Shown in pieces: positions 47,192-58,072 of a DNA stretch of 64,000 nucleotides. The position numbers and the translations under genes were made by a program. The DNA lies in assembly GCA_964450605.1 (NCBI GenBank), contig CAYVEK010000001.1, positions 224,597-288,596 on the forward strand, read 5' to 3'. The stretch comes from an uncultured Candidatus Saccharibacteria bacterium. GTDB lineage: Bacteria; Patescibacteriota; Minisyncoccia; Phycocordibacterales; CAIZLB01. The notes below the pieces were generated by a model, which was not told where the DNA came from, ran no database searches, and saw only the letters and a list, made by a program, of their open reading frames with translations. How positions within the stretch are numbered: the stretch's first letter is position 1; the number at the start of each line of letters is the position of its first letter.

Positions 47192-47573
47192 TAGACCGAG
47201 ATGGGTCAAAACGTATAATAAACAACACAATCATGACAAAAGCAAAATTAGTAAAACTCAAGTTCAAACCAGGAGCAAAGCAGATTTGGCTCGATTGGTC
47301 GGAAGAATTGAAGCGTCGAAAGGACGAGGTGATAGCCACCCTTAAAAATGAAGGCGTTGTCTCAGAGTCTTGTTTTATCTCTGAAGATGGTGAATACGTC
47401 TACTACTTCATGGAAGCCGAGGATTTTGAGAAGGTTCGAAAAGCTGTAACAGAGAACCCGCATCCTATAGATGCTGATCACAAAAAGGCCCGAGAAAGCA
47501 GTTTGGAGCTTGCAGCAAAACTCGAGTGCCTCTTCCATTTCGATAACAGAGAATAAGATAGACCGAGACGGGT
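47192..47573 (+). repeat. 15-bp direct repeats (14/15) at 47192-47206 and 47559-47573 bracketing one gene
   Basis: tagaccgagatgggt vs tagaccgagacgggt. Confidence 0.75.
47233..47556 (+). CDS. DUF6176-like dimeric alpha/beta barrel protein
   Basis: EVIATLKNEGVVSESCF, YVYYFMEAED, HPIDADH pattern. Confidence 0.7.
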   Translation: MTKAKLVKLKFKPGAKQIWLDWSEELKRRKDEVIATLKNEGVVSESCFISEDGEYVYYFMEAEDFEKVRKAVTENPHPIDADHKKARESSLELAAKLECLFHFDNRE

Positions 47574-47677
47574 GAGTTTGGTTCAGTATTTTCTGCCAAA
47601 ATATCCTTACGGGGTCTCATTGCAAATAGTTCTAGACCGGAGAACACAACAAGTTTTTGTGCTATCATATATCTAAC

Positions 47678-48034
47678 ATGCCCACCCTACGCACACCACA
47701 ACTACAACAAAAATACCACGACTACCTCTCTACCCTAAAACCAAACGAATGTGGACTTTGTAATGCAAAACCATTGAGAGAATACACACACTGGCTCCTT
47801 ATAGAAAATGATTTCCCTTATGACAAGCTAGCAGAAAAACACCTCATGCTTGTATCAAAAAGACATGTTATGGAGCAAGATTTTACACCAGAAGAACAAG
47901 AAGAGTTACGTTTGATAAAACATGAGCTTCTCATCTCGCCCGAATTTGACATGGTTACAGAGAGTACAGAACCACATAAAACTATACCTTTGCATTTTCA
48001 TTTGCATATTATCAAGTTGAGAGAGGATATATAA
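47678..48034 (+). CDS. HIT family hydrolase
   Basis: CGLC, NDFPY, HLMLV, HFHLHII. Confidence 0.88.
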   Translation: MPTLRTPQLQQKYHDYLSTLKPNECGLCNAKPLREYTHWLLIENDFPYDKLAEKHLMLVSKRHVMEQDFTPEEQEELRLIKHELLISPEFDMVTESTEPHKTIPLHFHLHIIKLREDI

Positions 48035-48357
48035 AAAAATCCCTCTGCGCACTTTCGCGCACATTGGGATGTAGTAAGAGGGGGCCCCAATCAGCCCCAA
48101 ATCGTTCGACGCGGAGGACTCCACACAATTTTAGGAGTCTCAACCGGCGGCGACTCTCCTCTGAATGCGTACGGACGCTTCCGGAGTTGCTTTGTGGCCC
48201 AGACACTGCGACATTTGGCTCTTGCCTGGTTTCTGGACGGAGAAAAGCCAGAGCCTATGTCGTGGACCTGCCGGGTTACGACAGGTTTTTTCAGCGTTTT
48301 GCGCACGTTTCGGTGTAGGTGGATAATCATGGGGTTCTTACGACCTTCATTCGGTCA
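48033..48357 (-). other. GC-rich solo transcription unit: basic 79-aa ORFan (48091-48330) or structured ncRNA
   Basis: TTGCTT-17-TAGATT promoter (48391-48363); many hairpins; terminator atccc-aa-tgtgcgc-GAAA-gtgcgca-ga-gggat-T7. Confidence 0.55.
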
Positions 48358-48373
48358 ACATAAATCTACACCT

Positions 48374-51300
48374 CTACTCCCCCAAAAGCAACTCCTCAAA
48401 AGCCTCCACTGCCTCCAACCCTTTCAAGGCCTTTACACTCTCTGGCACGGTAAAATCATGTGCTTGTATACGTTTATATATCGCCACGATGAGTCTCTCC
48501 AGCCTCTCCACTTCCTCATCTGTTATCTCCGCTACAAGCACTCCCAATCGCGAACCTTTGCTTTCCAAAAACTCGAGCTGACCACCGAGTACGTGTAAAC
48601 CATTGTATGTTTTTGAGCGTTCGATGAGCATCTTGTAAAATGCGAGTTGTTGTCTATTTGCATGCAGTCGAACTTTTTCATATGCATCTTTTCCGGTCCA
48701 ACTTTTCTTTTCTTTTCCTGTTTTAAAATCACACAGCCAAACACCACCCTCTTCAAAGCGCACAAGATCTATCTTTCCTGAAACAGGAACGTACACATCA
48801 CTATCTTTTAAGACAACTCCTTCGTGTCGAAAATCAACCTCTGTTAGCTCATCACCTTTTAAGGTCAGTATTTTTTCTTTGTATATCTCTGGCAATAAGC
48901 TCAAACCTTTTTCTAAATACAAAGTATGATCATCTCGGCTCAATCGTTCATGGGTCAGACTGTCTGTATACCACTGTTTTACTTCTTCAAGTTTTGGATG
49001 GTGTTTTTCTTTTTTTAGATACAGTACAGAGCGATTTAAGATAGCATGCATCGCTGTTCCATATCCAGCAGAAGCTGTTTTGGCCTGAGGAAAACGTAAA
49101 AGATTATTTTCCAAGAAAAGCATCGGGCCACCCTCGTCAACATTTAAAAAGTTATTTATATGTGTAACTGAAAGTATGTGGTCTTTTGTTAATGTATCGA
49201 GAAGCGCATGTTCTGTGTCCAAAAACTTTGGACCGAGATGTATTGATTTTCTATCAGCAGATATCATGGCTGACTCCAAGAGTTTTTCAACCGATGCTTC
49301 TGTATCCAAATCACCTTCTTCTACAGAAACTCCGATAGAGTTCAAGAAGCGTAAGATATTTGTTTTTTTACCATCATCTCCTGCTCGATGCGATGTGATA
49401 TACAAGTGATTTTTGGCACGAGTCAGTGCAACGAAAAATAGTCGGAGCCAATCATCTTCATTGTCTCCAGCAGGTGCAATGGGCAGGTTTACTGGCAGAG
49501 TTATCAGTTTTCGTCCTTTATTTGTTGCCCAATTTTTATCAGTTGCCCCAACAATACACACAACTTCAAACTCTAGACCTTTTGATTTGTGAGCAGTTAA
49601 GAGATGTACTGCGTTTCGTGCATTTACAAAAGGACTAAGATCAGAAAGTATGATGTCATTTTGTTCATAAGTATCAACAAAATGTATGAGATCTTTCGCT
49701 TGTAGCTCTTTACCTCGTCGGTATTCGCGCACTGCTTGTATAAATGTTCGCAGACTTGATAGGAATACAAGATACTCTGATTTTTCGTGAGAAAACTTAT
49801 CACTGTTAAAATAGTAATCTCTAAATCCTGTTTTATTTATACAATAATCAAGGACATGCTCAGCATTTTCATATGTAGCAAGACGAGCTATCTCAAGTAT
49901 GTGAGTTGTTGCAGTTTGTACAGCAGGAATCTCAAATGTTTTTGCAACATCTATCCATGACACACGTTTTTCATAGGCTTCGCGAGAAAGTCTCCAGATA
50001 TCAAGTGTTTCTATATTCCAAAATGGATAAGTAAAGATCTTTGGTAAAAGTTCATCTTTGGAAGACTCTAAGCAACTCACTGCATAGCGAACAAGAGTTA
50101 CGAGTTGCTGTATGTGAGGCTCTGACAAAACATGTTGCTCTCGTTCATATCGAACAGGTATATTTTTTTCTTGTAGATACGGAACAAGACTTATGAGATC
50201 CTTATGACTTCGGGCGATAACAGCGACATCTTCAGCTTCTACACCGCTATCGAGCGCATGACGTATCTGTTTTGCTACATACGCGTATTCATGTAAACGA
50301 GTATCAAACTCTTTAACTTCGATAGAGTGTTTTTTGCCAAGTCTGTTTTTATGATCAAATATCTTATTTGCCTTTAACTCTTTTGTAAAATCCGCAAGCA
50401 TTTGTTCAAGTCTGTGTTCACCTGTTCGTATCATTGACAAAGCACTTGACACAATCTGTTCATTTGAACGATAGTTCTCAGTGAGTACAATGATCTCCAC
50501 ACCACTATACATACGAGTAAACTCCATGATATTTGAAAGTTCAGCTCCTTGGAACTTGTATATAGCCTGATCATCATCTCCTACAGCCATAATGTTCGGT
50601 CGACCTTCAGACACAGGGTTGTTGGTTAAAAGCCAGATCAACCGCATCTGTGCATCGTTTGTATCCTGAAACTCATCAACAAGAACGTATTGATACTGTT
50701 CTTGTAACTTTGATCGAAGTGAAATATCTTTTTCCAATGTCTGTATCACGTCTAAAATCATGTCATCGAAATCATAGAAACCTTGTCTATACATCTCAGT
50801 TGAATACGCAGTGTAGACTGTCAAAACTTCTCGCAGTAAACCCGCTCGTTTTGCATCAGCAAATACAGATTCACCGTTGTCATCTTTATCAACTTTACTA
50901 TCTTTCCATTTTGTAAAATCTTTTTTCTCTTTAACTGTTGTGGTGAAGTTATAATACAATGCATCGATCAATGAATGATATGACAATACATGTTTGTTAC
51001 CAAAATCTTTGTGCAGTTTTGTGAGTGCTTTTGAAAATTCTTGGTATGTATCTTCTGTGATTCGTTTAGAGATGATAGGAATCAGTGTTTCTTGTATTCG
51101 TATGATGTCTTGGTCATTTGCATCAAGTACAGTTTTAAAATCAGCCGGTGAAAGACCTGCTCGTTTTATATGTGAGATAGTATCAAGTGCTGCGCGCAAG
51201 TATGCATAACCTTGTTCAGGATGAAACGATCTCATCTTTGCATCATACGGCAGTGATTCTATGCATGACTGCATAACGCTATACTTAGTCGCTTCATCAG

Positions 51301-51649
51301 CAGGACGAAGTTGTGCTCCTTTATAAAAATACTCAGGATGTGCATTTATAATACTTGTACATAAATTATGAAATGTATGAATATGAACTCGATAGGCCTC
51401 ATCATGCATAAAGGTAGAGAGACGCTCTCGCATGTTATGAGCAGCTGAGTCGGTAAATGTAAGACAGAGAATGTTTGAAGCTTTTGTATCTGTTTTTTCA
51501 AGAATGTTAGCAATACGCAGTGTTAAGACCTGTGTCTTTCCACTTCCTGGTCCCGCAACAACCAAAACAGGTCCGTCGATAGTATCTACGGCCTTTTTCT
51601 GGGCTTTGTTGAGGCGTGTGTAGGCGGTTTTAAAAGAAGTTGAAGGCAT
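48374..51649 (-). CDS. UvrD/AddA-like helicase with C-terminal PD-(D/E)xK nuclease
   Basis: AGPGSGKT, VDEFQD, VGDDDQAIY, HKSKGLEF, FVALTRAK, GKIDLV..DFKTG. Confidence 0.95.
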   Translation of the reverse strand: MPSTSFKTAYTRLNKAQKKAVDTIDGPVLVVAGPGSGKTQVLTLRIANILEKTDTKASNILCLTFTDSAAHNMRERLSTFMHDEAYRVHIHTFHNLCTSIINAHPEYFYKGAQLRPADEATKYSVMQSCIESLPYDAKMRSFHPEQGYAYLRAALDTISHIKRAGLSPADFKTVLDANDQDIIRIQETLIPIISKRITEDTYQEFSKALTKLHKDFGNKHVLSYHSLIDALYYNFTTTVKEKKDFTKWKDSKVDKDDNGESVFADAKRAGLLREVLTVYTAYSTEMYRQGFYDFDDMILDVIQTLEKDISLRSKLQEQYQYVLVDEFQDTNDAQMRLIWLLTNNPVSEGRPNIMAVGDDDQAIYKFQGAELSNIMEFTRMYSGVEIIVLTENYRSNEQIVSSALSMIRTGEHRLEQMLADFTKELKANKIFDHKNRLGKKHSIEVKEFDTRLHEYAYVAKQIRHALDSGVEAEDVAVIARSHKDLISLVPYLQEKNIPVRYEREQHVLSEPHIQQLVTLVRYAVSCLESSKDELLPKIFTYPFWNIETLDIWRLSREAYEKRVSWIDVAKTFEIPAVQTATTHILEIARLATYENAEHVLDYCINKTGFRDYYFNSDKFSHEKSEYLVFLSSLRTFIQAVREYRRGKELQAKDLIHFVDTYEQNDIILSDLSPFVNARNAVHLLTAHKSKGLEFEVVCIVGATDKNWATNKGRKLITLPVNLPIAPAGDNEDDWLRLFFVALTRAKNHLYITSHRAGDDGKKTNILRFLNSIGVSVEEGDLDTEASVEKLLESAMISADRKSIHLGPKFLDTEHALLDTLTKDHILSVTHINNFLNVDEGGPMLFLENNLLRFPQAKTASAGYGTAMHAILNRSVLYLKKEKHHPKLEEVKQWYTDSLTHERLSRDDHTLYLEKGLSLLPEIYKEKILTLKGDELTEVDFRHEGVVLKDSDVYVPVSGKIDLVRFEEGGVWLCDFKTGKEKKSWTGKDAYEKVRLHANRQQLAFYKMLIERSKTYNGLHVLGGQLEFLESKGSRLGVLVAEITDEEVERLERLIVAIYKRIQAHDFTVPESVKALKGLEAVEAFEELLLGE

Positions 51650-51701
51650 TTTGTTAATTATATAACATGTGATAAAAACTATCACCTAAAACAGATAAAT
51701 T

Positions 51702-52105
51702 TTAATTTTCTGTACCACTTTCTTTCTCTTTATTTTTTATAAATTCTTGAACAAATTCTATATTACTTTCTGTTTGTTTCTGTCTAATTTTTTCAGCAGA
51801 AATACCTATTCGCACCAAACCTGCAAAAATTGATGCTGTAAATTTTAACAGTGAAAATAATATGGGAATTTTGTATATACTAATAAAACCAAAAAAACAG
51901 GTAGTACAAACAGTCCACAGATAAGAACCACCCAACTATACATATAGTTAATATTATTGGTTAGAAGTACAGCCACAGACAAAACGAAAAATAAAGCAAT
52001 ATTAATTGTCATTATTTGTAGGTCAAACTTTTTTCTTACACCTAACACCCAAGTTAGAGTGAAAAAAATTAAAACCATTAATCCTATGATTCCAATGATG
52101 TCCAT
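51702..52105 (-). pseudogene. AT-rich membrane protein gene split by a frameshift at an A7 tract (51891-51897)
   Basis: Overlapping hydrophobic ORFs 51845-52105 and 51702-51935 join in frame if one base is added to the run. Confidence 0.55.
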
Positions 52106-52128
52106 ATAATTTATATTATAATTCATTC

Positions 52129-53439
52129 CTAGTACCCCTTCAACCGATTTGCCTTATCATGCTGTCGTATCTTCTCATGTGCTTTTGCCTCTATCTGTCG
52201 TATACGCTCTCGAGTAACTCCAAACATCTTTCCTACCTCTTCTAGAGTATGCTGAATACCATCAACCATACCATTTCGAAGCATCAATATCTCTCGCTCT
52301 TTTTCGTTTAGATCATTTAGTATTTCTTTTACCTGATCCTGAAGAATACGTCGTGAAGAATCTTGGTCCGGTGTCATAACTTTGTCATCTGCAACAAAGT
52401 CGGCAAATACAGATTTGTCTTCGTCGTCAACTGGTGTGTCAAGAGATACAGTACTCTGATCGATCTTCTCGATCATATACACCTTATCAACATCAACACC
52501 CATCTCAAGCGCAATCTCTTCTGGCATCGGCTCTCGTCCTAGATCTTGGAATAGACGTCGTACTGTTTGTTTGTATTTAGCAATAGTTTCAACCATGTGT
52601 ACGGGCACACGGATAGTTCGAGACTGATCCGCAAGTGCTCGAGTAATAGATTGTCGTATCCACCATGTGGCATATGTAGAGAACTTGAAACCTCTTTGCC
52701 AATCAAACTTCTGAATAGCTTTAAAGAGACCAATGTTTCCTTCTTGAATAAGGTCAAGAAGTGTCAGATCCTGACTTCGGTTCACATACTTCTTGGCAAT
52801 AGAAACCACAAGACGTAGGTTTGCTCGCGCAAGCAGAGCGACTGCCTCTTGATCTCCAGCTTCGATACGCCGAGCCAATTCTTTTTCTTCATGTGCAGAG
52901 ATAAGATCGTATTGACCAATCTCTTTTAGATACATCTGTATAGAGTCAAACTGGTCATCGCCTCGTCCATGTCCTTGTGTATATTTCTTTAATAAGTCAT
53001 CTTGTTCTGTTTGAACATCAAGAAGTCCACCACTTTCAAGAATGTCTATGTTTGCGCCTTGTAGTTTTTTATACAAATAATCCAAGAAGTTTATATCTTC
53101 TTCTATATGCGGAAACTCTTTTAGAATCTCATCATATGTAACAAATCCTCGTTCTTTTCCTTTAACCATCAACTTCTCAGCTTTCTTGTCATACTTAACA
53201 TCGATAACAGGAGCAAATAGTTTTGCTTTTTCCTCTGGTGTCAAAGTTTTTGTTTTGACCGTTTTTGCATTTGCAACAGCCTTTTTTGCAACAACTTTCT
53301 TAGGAGCAACTTTTTTTGCAACCTTAACAGGTTTAGCATTCTTAGCTACCTTTTTAACAACTTTTTTTGGAGCAGGTTTTTTAACCGCTTTCTTAACTAC
53401 TTTTTTAGCTGTTGATTTTGATGTTTTATTTTTTGACAT
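52129..53439 (-). CDS. rpoD: RNA polymerase primary sigma factor
   Basis: [43 protein letters not shown]. Confidence 0.97.
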   Translation of the reverse strand: MSKNKTSKSTAKKVVKKAVKKPAPKKVVKKVAKNAKPVKVAKKVAPKKVVAKKAVANAKTVKTKTLTPEEKAKLFAPVIDVKYDKKAEKLMVKGKERGFVTYDEILKEFPHIEEDINFLDYLYKKLQGANIDILESGGLLDVQTEQDDLLKKYTQGHGRGDDQFDSIQMYLKEIGQYDLISAHEEKELARRIEAGDQEAVALLARANLRLVVSIAKKYVNRSQDLTLLDLIQEGNIGLFKAIQKFDWQRGFKFSTYATWWIRQSITRALADQSRTIRVPVHMVETIAKYKQTVRRLFQDLGREPMPEEIALEMGVDVDKVYMIEKIDQSTVSLDTPVDDEDKSVFADFVADDKVMTPDQDSSRRILQDQVKEILNDLNEKEREILMLRNGMVDGIQHTLEEVGKMFGVTRERIRQIEAKAHEKIRQHDKANRLKGY

Positions 53440-55285
53440 GTTTATGTATTGAAAGTTTATAAATATATTCTGTGAATGTATCTATGTCTGTTTTTTCTTT
53501 AGCAAGTTCGGCTTTTTTTAATTTTTGTTTTACCGTTTCGAAAATAAGGTCGTGTATCTTTTGTTCAACATTTGCAAATGCAATGTCTATCTCTCTTTCA
53601 TAAAAATGAATATCGATCTGTTTTTGACTGTGTATGTTTTCTAAATTATAGACAAGTTTTTCATCAACCTGAACCTTCTTTTGTTCAAGTTCTTGTAATA
53701 ATGTCGTGAGTGGAGCGCTGAGCTCTGGATCGATAATCTCTTGTATCTTACCCAAAAAGCTTTCTTTTACCGTACTTAAATATTGTTTTATTTTTTCATA
53801 AATATCTGGACGAGGCTCGCCTTCAGATATGTTGTCGGGGCTATGTAATTGTTGAGTGTAAATATACAACAAAGCGCGTAATTCTGCAAGTGCTTGGAGT
53901 ATGGTTTCATGCTTATCTACCGGGGGTAGCATATCCCCCTGTTTTAACAATGTATCTATTGACTGGACACCTGTTCTATTGCCCTGTTTTTCGGCTAGTT
54001 CATAGCGCGATATCTCGGTATATATACTATCAAGAGACATCTCAAAGGTGTCGGCGATACGTTTTGTAAAATGCTCTTTGTCAACAGCACTGTCAAGAGA
54101 CGCAACGAGCGGTATAAGCTTCTCTAGTGTGTCTTTTTTGCCAGATCGGCTCGTTATATCACTTTTCGATAATACATACTCTATAACGTGCATGGCATGC
54201 TTAAGAGCTTGTACAAACACACCTTTCCTATCAACAAGTAGAGATGCTGGGTCTTCATTTTTAGGAAGAAGAGCAACCTTGACCTCAAGACCGTGCTTAA
54301 GGGCCATAGTCCAAGCCTTGATAGTCGCTTTCATACCTGCCTGATCCGCATCATATACCAGCATCAGGTTATTTGTATACCTTTTAAGCATGCGAAGGTG
54401 CTCGTCAGTAAGTGCCGTTCCTGATGTGGCAACAGCTTGATCAAAACCTTCCTGATGACACAAGAGTAAGTCTAACTGCCCTTCTACAAGCAGAGCAAAT
54501 TTCCATTTTCGCATTCCATCTTTTGCTTTATGTAAACCATATAGTGTCTGAGATTTATTAAAGATAATTGTGTCTGGACTATTTAAATATTTTGGCTCAC
54601 CCTGATCTATGATACGTGCTGATATAGCAACCGGTTTTCCTTGTATATCAAAGATAGGAAATGTAATACGTCCTCTAAAGAAGTCATACGTGTGACCATG
54701 TATACGATTGGTTTCTTGAGTCTGTTCTTTTGTTTTTATCAGTCCTGCACCAAGTAAACTTTCTGTAGAACTTTCTGTTCGTGCTTGTATATATTGCCAA
54801 GCGTCTGGAGCAAAACCGATAGACCAATTTTTTATAGTCTCATCCGTAAGACCTCTCTTTCGAACATATTCAAGTGGACGAGTTGATTGCCACAACTCTT
54901 GCGCATACGCCTGCACCGCCTGCTCCATCGCAACAAGTGCTTGTTTCTTTTTTGTATCTTCCTCTATTTCTTTAACATCCTTTTTTCGTGCTTCATCCCA
55001 ATCACTTTCTGGTAATCCTGATTTATCAAATAAAACTTTTAACGCTTCTCGAAAAGACAATCTTTCAAATTGTTGAACAAACTCAATCATGTCACCTTTT
55101 GCACCACATCCAAAACAGGTATATGTTTGTCGTGATTCTGAAACGAAAAAAGACGGTGTCTTTTCGTGATGAAACGGACAACATCCCTTATGATTTATAC
55201 CGGCACGTGTAAGTTTGACGTATTGACCAACTATGTCAACAATGTTGAGGCGTTCTTTAATTCTTTCAGGTAGAGACAAGGACAT
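53426..55285 (-). CDS. dnaG: DNA primase
   Basis: [11 protein letters not shown] zinc finger, [20 protein letters not shown]. Confidence 0.97.
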   Translation of the reverse strand: MSLSLPERIKERLNIVDIVGQYVKLTRAGINHKGCCPFHHEKTPSFFVSESRQTYTCFGCGAKGDMIEFVQQFERLSFREALKVLFDKSGLPESDWDEARKKDVKEIEEDTKKKQALVAMEQAVQAYAQELWQSTRPLEYVRKRGLTDETIKNWSIGFAPDAWQYIQARTESSTESLLGAGLIKTKEQTQETNRIHGHTYDFFRGRITFPIFDIQGKPVAISARIIDQGEPKYLNSPDTIIFNKSQTLYGLHKAKDGMRKWKFALLVEGQLDLLLCHQEGFDQAVATSGTALTDEHLRMLKRYTNNLMLVYDADQAGMKATIKAWTMALKHGLEVKVALLPKNEDPASLLVDRKGVFVQALKHAMHVIEYVLSKSDITSRSGKKDTLEKLIPLVASLDSAVDKEHFTKRIADTFEMSLDSIYTEISRYELAEKQGNRTGVQSIDTLLKQGDMLPPVDKHETILQALAELRALLYIYTQQLHSPDNISEGEPRPDIYEKIKQYLSTVKESFLGKIQEIIDPELSAPLTTLLQELEQKKVQVDEKLVYNLENIHSQKQIDIHFYEREIDIAFANVEQKIHDLIFETVKQKLKKAELAKEKTDIDTFTEYIYKLSIHKHVKK

Positions 55286-55319
55286 ACGTTATGTATACAC
55301 TATACTCTCGAAAGCAGGA

Positions 55320-55787
55320 TTACTCAATATCGACAATAGTGTATTCAACTAGTACACCTTTTGGTGTTTTCACAGTAACCACATCTTTCTCTTTTTTACC
55401 TATTACAGCAGCTCCAATATGTGATTTTGTAGATATTTTATTTTCAGACGGATCTATCTCCTCTGAACCTACAATAGTGAATATTTCCGCTTTCTTTTCT
55501 CCTTTTTTCTGTAGGTGTACTTTTGTACCAACTTCTACTGTGTTTGAGTGGTGTACCTTAACAATCTCGGCGTTAGCAATAACATTTTCAAGTTGAGCAA
55601 TACGATCTTCGACAATAGCCTGATCCTCTCGAGCTTTGTTAAATTCAGCGTTTTCTGAGAGATCTCCGAGTGATCGAGCGTACTCGAGGTCCTGAGCAAT
55701 CTCTTTTCGACGTACGGTTTTGAGCTCATTAAGCTCTTTTACTAGTTCATCGTATTTTTCTTGTGAGACGTATTCCTTTTTTTGCAT
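55320..55787 (-). CDS. greA: Transcription elongation factor GreA
   Basis: GDLSENAEF motif. Confidence 0.96.
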   Translation of the reverse strand: MQKKEYVSQEKYDELVKELNELKTVRRKEIAQDLEYARSLGDLSENAEFNKAREDQAIVEDRIAQLENVIANAEIVKVHHSNTVEVGTKVHLQKKGEKKAEIFTIVGSEEIDPSENKISTKSHIGAAVIGKKEKDVVTVKTPKGVLVEYTIVDIE

Positions 55788-55832
55788 GACTAGCAGTATA
55801 CCACACTTTAGGGTTATTTTTCAAGCCTATTT

Positions 55833-56153
55833 TTAAGCCTTTGCTTCGAGGAGAGTAACCCTACTTTCCACTAGATCTAGGTCTGATTTTGTAGCCACGT
55901 GTTTTAACTGTCTACCCATCAAATCCACCTTTAAATCAAGGATTTTGATATCATCTTTTACCTTTGACATATCAGCCTGGAGATTTTCTATCTTACCATC
56001 AACTTGCTCAAATTTTTCATGAATCTGATCAAAACCTCGGGTCATAATCTCACCGAGTTCGTTAATCTGTTTTTGCATACCTCCAAATCCATCTTGCATC
56101 ATTTGCGCTAGGGTATCTAAAGTCACCTCTTTTTGTTTAGTGTTTTCTACCAT
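55833..56153 (-). CDS. Small coiled-coil hypothetical protein
   Basis: VTLDTLAQMMQDGF...ATKSDL..VESRVTLLE heptad pattern. Confidence 0.75.
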   Translation of the reverse strand: MVENTKQKEVTLDTLAQMMQDGFGGMQKQINELGEIMTRGFDQIHEKFEQVDGKIENLQADMSKVKDDIKILDLKVDLMGRQLKHVATKSDLDLVESRVTLLEAKA

Positions 56154-56381
56154 TATTATTTTTTTCTATTATAGTTAGGGCTTATAATATGTTTATTTTG
56201 CGTCTCGTAGTCAAGTTCGTAGTAGGATTTTGTGTTTTGTTATTGCAATTATATTCTCCTTTTGTGTTGATGCAAGTTTTTATAGAAATAGAAAAATAAT
56301 ATGACTTTAGGTCAAGGGATTTTTAACTTTTCCTTACTATTTATTAAAAATAAACCTTAAACTCTATAGCAATGCTATTTT

Positions 56382-56774
56382 TCAAATTATAAAAAGAACA
56401 AGTATTGAAATACTTAAAAATATACCAGCTAGGGCAAAAAATGTCATATACATTCTGTAATTCTTTTTCAATACAGAAATGGAAGCCTGAATTGAAGCAT
56501 CTTTAACGTCCGATACATCTTTACCAAAACTCATTATCATATAACTATCAAAGCTAAACAAGCTTTTTCCGTAAGAATCTTTAAAATTAACCATCTGCTT
56601 ACGAGCAGGTAGTATAACACCTTTCATATTCTCTACTGGATATCCAGCATTCTTCAAAGATTTTCGTAATTTGTATGACTTTATCAACAACACCAATACA
56701 GATATAAAACTACAAATAAAAAATAAGACTGTTATAAACAGTAGTGCCGGAAAAACTAATATTTGATAATCCAT
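56382..56774 (-). CDS. AT-rich two-TM hypothetical protein
   Basis: N- and C-terminal hydrophobic helices; tgatataat just upstream of ATG. Confidence 0.7.
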   Translation of the reverse strand: MDYQILVFPALLFITVLFFICSFISVLVLLIKSYKLRKSLKNAGYPVENMKGVILPARKQMVNFKDSYGKSLFSFDSYMIMSFGKDVSDVKDASIQASISVLKKNYRMYMTFFALAGIFLSISILVLFII

Positions 56775-56815
56775 AAGATGGATTATATCAATAATTAATA
56801 CAATTTAACACTTAC

Positions 56816-57904
56816 CTACACCTTAAACTCCATCACATCACCATCCTTCACAATATACTCTTTTCCTTCTGTTCGAACTAATCCTTTTTCTCGAGCTGTT
56901 CCGTATGACCCCGCATCAATCAAATCTTTCCAGAAAATCACTTCGGCTCTGATAAATTTGTCTTTAAAATCAGTATGAATCGCTGTTCCCGCAAGTGGTG
57001 CAGTCCAACCTCTTTTTATAGTCCACCCTCGAGTCTCCTCTACTCCAGTTGTAAAATACGTAATCACATCGAGAAGTGTATACCCCGCCTTGATCAGATC
57101 GTTCACACCATCATCATGCGCGCCGAGTTCTTCACGAAACATTTGTTTTTCCTCTCCTTCTAGGTCTTTAAGGTCATGTTCTATACGTGCATCGACAAAT
57201 GTATACACTGCATTTTCTTTTTTGAAAAAATCCATAAGAGCATCGAGACGTTCACCTTCAATATTTGTTCCACCAGATTTTCTGTTAAGCACATACATCA
57301 TCGGCTTCATAGTTATAAGCTGAACTGTTTTCATAAGTTCATGTTCTTCAGGAGTTAGATCGACTTTACGTGCTAGTTTTTCTTCTTCAAGTGCTATTTT
57401 TATTTTTTCCAAAACTTCTTTAAGAGCAATGGCTTTCTTGTCTCCTTTTTTAATCTCACTTTCAATAGAACCAAGTCGTTTTTGCACAACTTGCAGATCT
57501 GCAAGTATGAGCTCAAGATTTATAACTTCAATATCACTGAGCGGATTAACTTTTCCATGTACATGTATAAGATTTGAATCTTCATACAAACGCACAACAT
57601 GAGCAATAGCAGAAACTTCTCGTATATGCTGTAAAAACTGATTACCAAGTCCTTCGCCTTCTGAAGCGCCTTTTACAAGGCCGGCGATATCAACAAACTC
57701 TACTATAGCTGGTACAGTTCGTTTTGTTTGTGAAAATTCGGCTAGTTTATAGAGCCTTTCATCAGGCACAGCAACAACTCCCACTGATGGGTCTATAGTA
57801 CAGAATGGGTAGTTTTCTGCTGGTACTGATTTTTTGGTTATGGCGTTAAATAGGGTTGATTTTCCTACGTTTGGTAGGCCTACGATGCCGCAAGATAAGT
57901 TCAT
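56816..57904 (-). CDS. ychF: Ribosome-binding ATPase YchF
   Basis: GIVGLPNVGKST, NYPFCTI, DIAGLV, YIVKDGDV; start MNLSCG at 57904. Confidence 0.97.
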   Translation of the reverse strand: MNLSCGIVGLPNVGKSTLFNAITKKSVPAENYPFCTIDPSVGVVAVPDERLYKLAEFSQTKRTVPAIVEFVDIAGLVKGASEGEGLGNQFLQHIREVSAIAHVVRLYEDSNLIHVHGKVNPLSDIEVINLELILADLQVVQKRLGSIESEIKKGDKKAIALKEVLEKIKIALEEEKLARKVDLTPEEHELMKTVQLITMKPMMYVLNRKSGGTNIEGERLDALMDFFKKENAVYTFVDARIEHDLKDLEGEEKQMFREELGAHDDGVNDLIKAGYTLLDVITYFTTGVEETRGWTIKRGWTAPLAGTAIHTDFKDKFIRAEVIFWKDLIDAGSYGTAREKGLVRTEGKEYIVKDGDVMEFKV

Positions 57905-58072
57905 AATAGTGACTATAACATATGTGTATAAAAAATTCCCCTCGCACCAACTATGTTGACAATATTTATAATATATTGCTATATTGTGTACAGCCCACCG
58001 AGGGCACTTAGAACCCGATGTGTCAGAACCTGGATAAAACCAGTAGTAAGATGTGTCACTATCCACAACCCC

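Noticed and set aside
47003-47230. N-terminal extension of the toxin ORF in the track (46463-47230)
   Set aside because: Runs antisense through tRNA-Gln; family-like sequence starts at GTG 47002 right after a -10
48060-48360. tmRNA or RNase P RNA (ggggctgatt on minus strand, ttcgac on plus strand)
   Set aside because: No tRNA-like 3' end with T arm and CCA, and no GAGGAAAGUCC or P4 motifs
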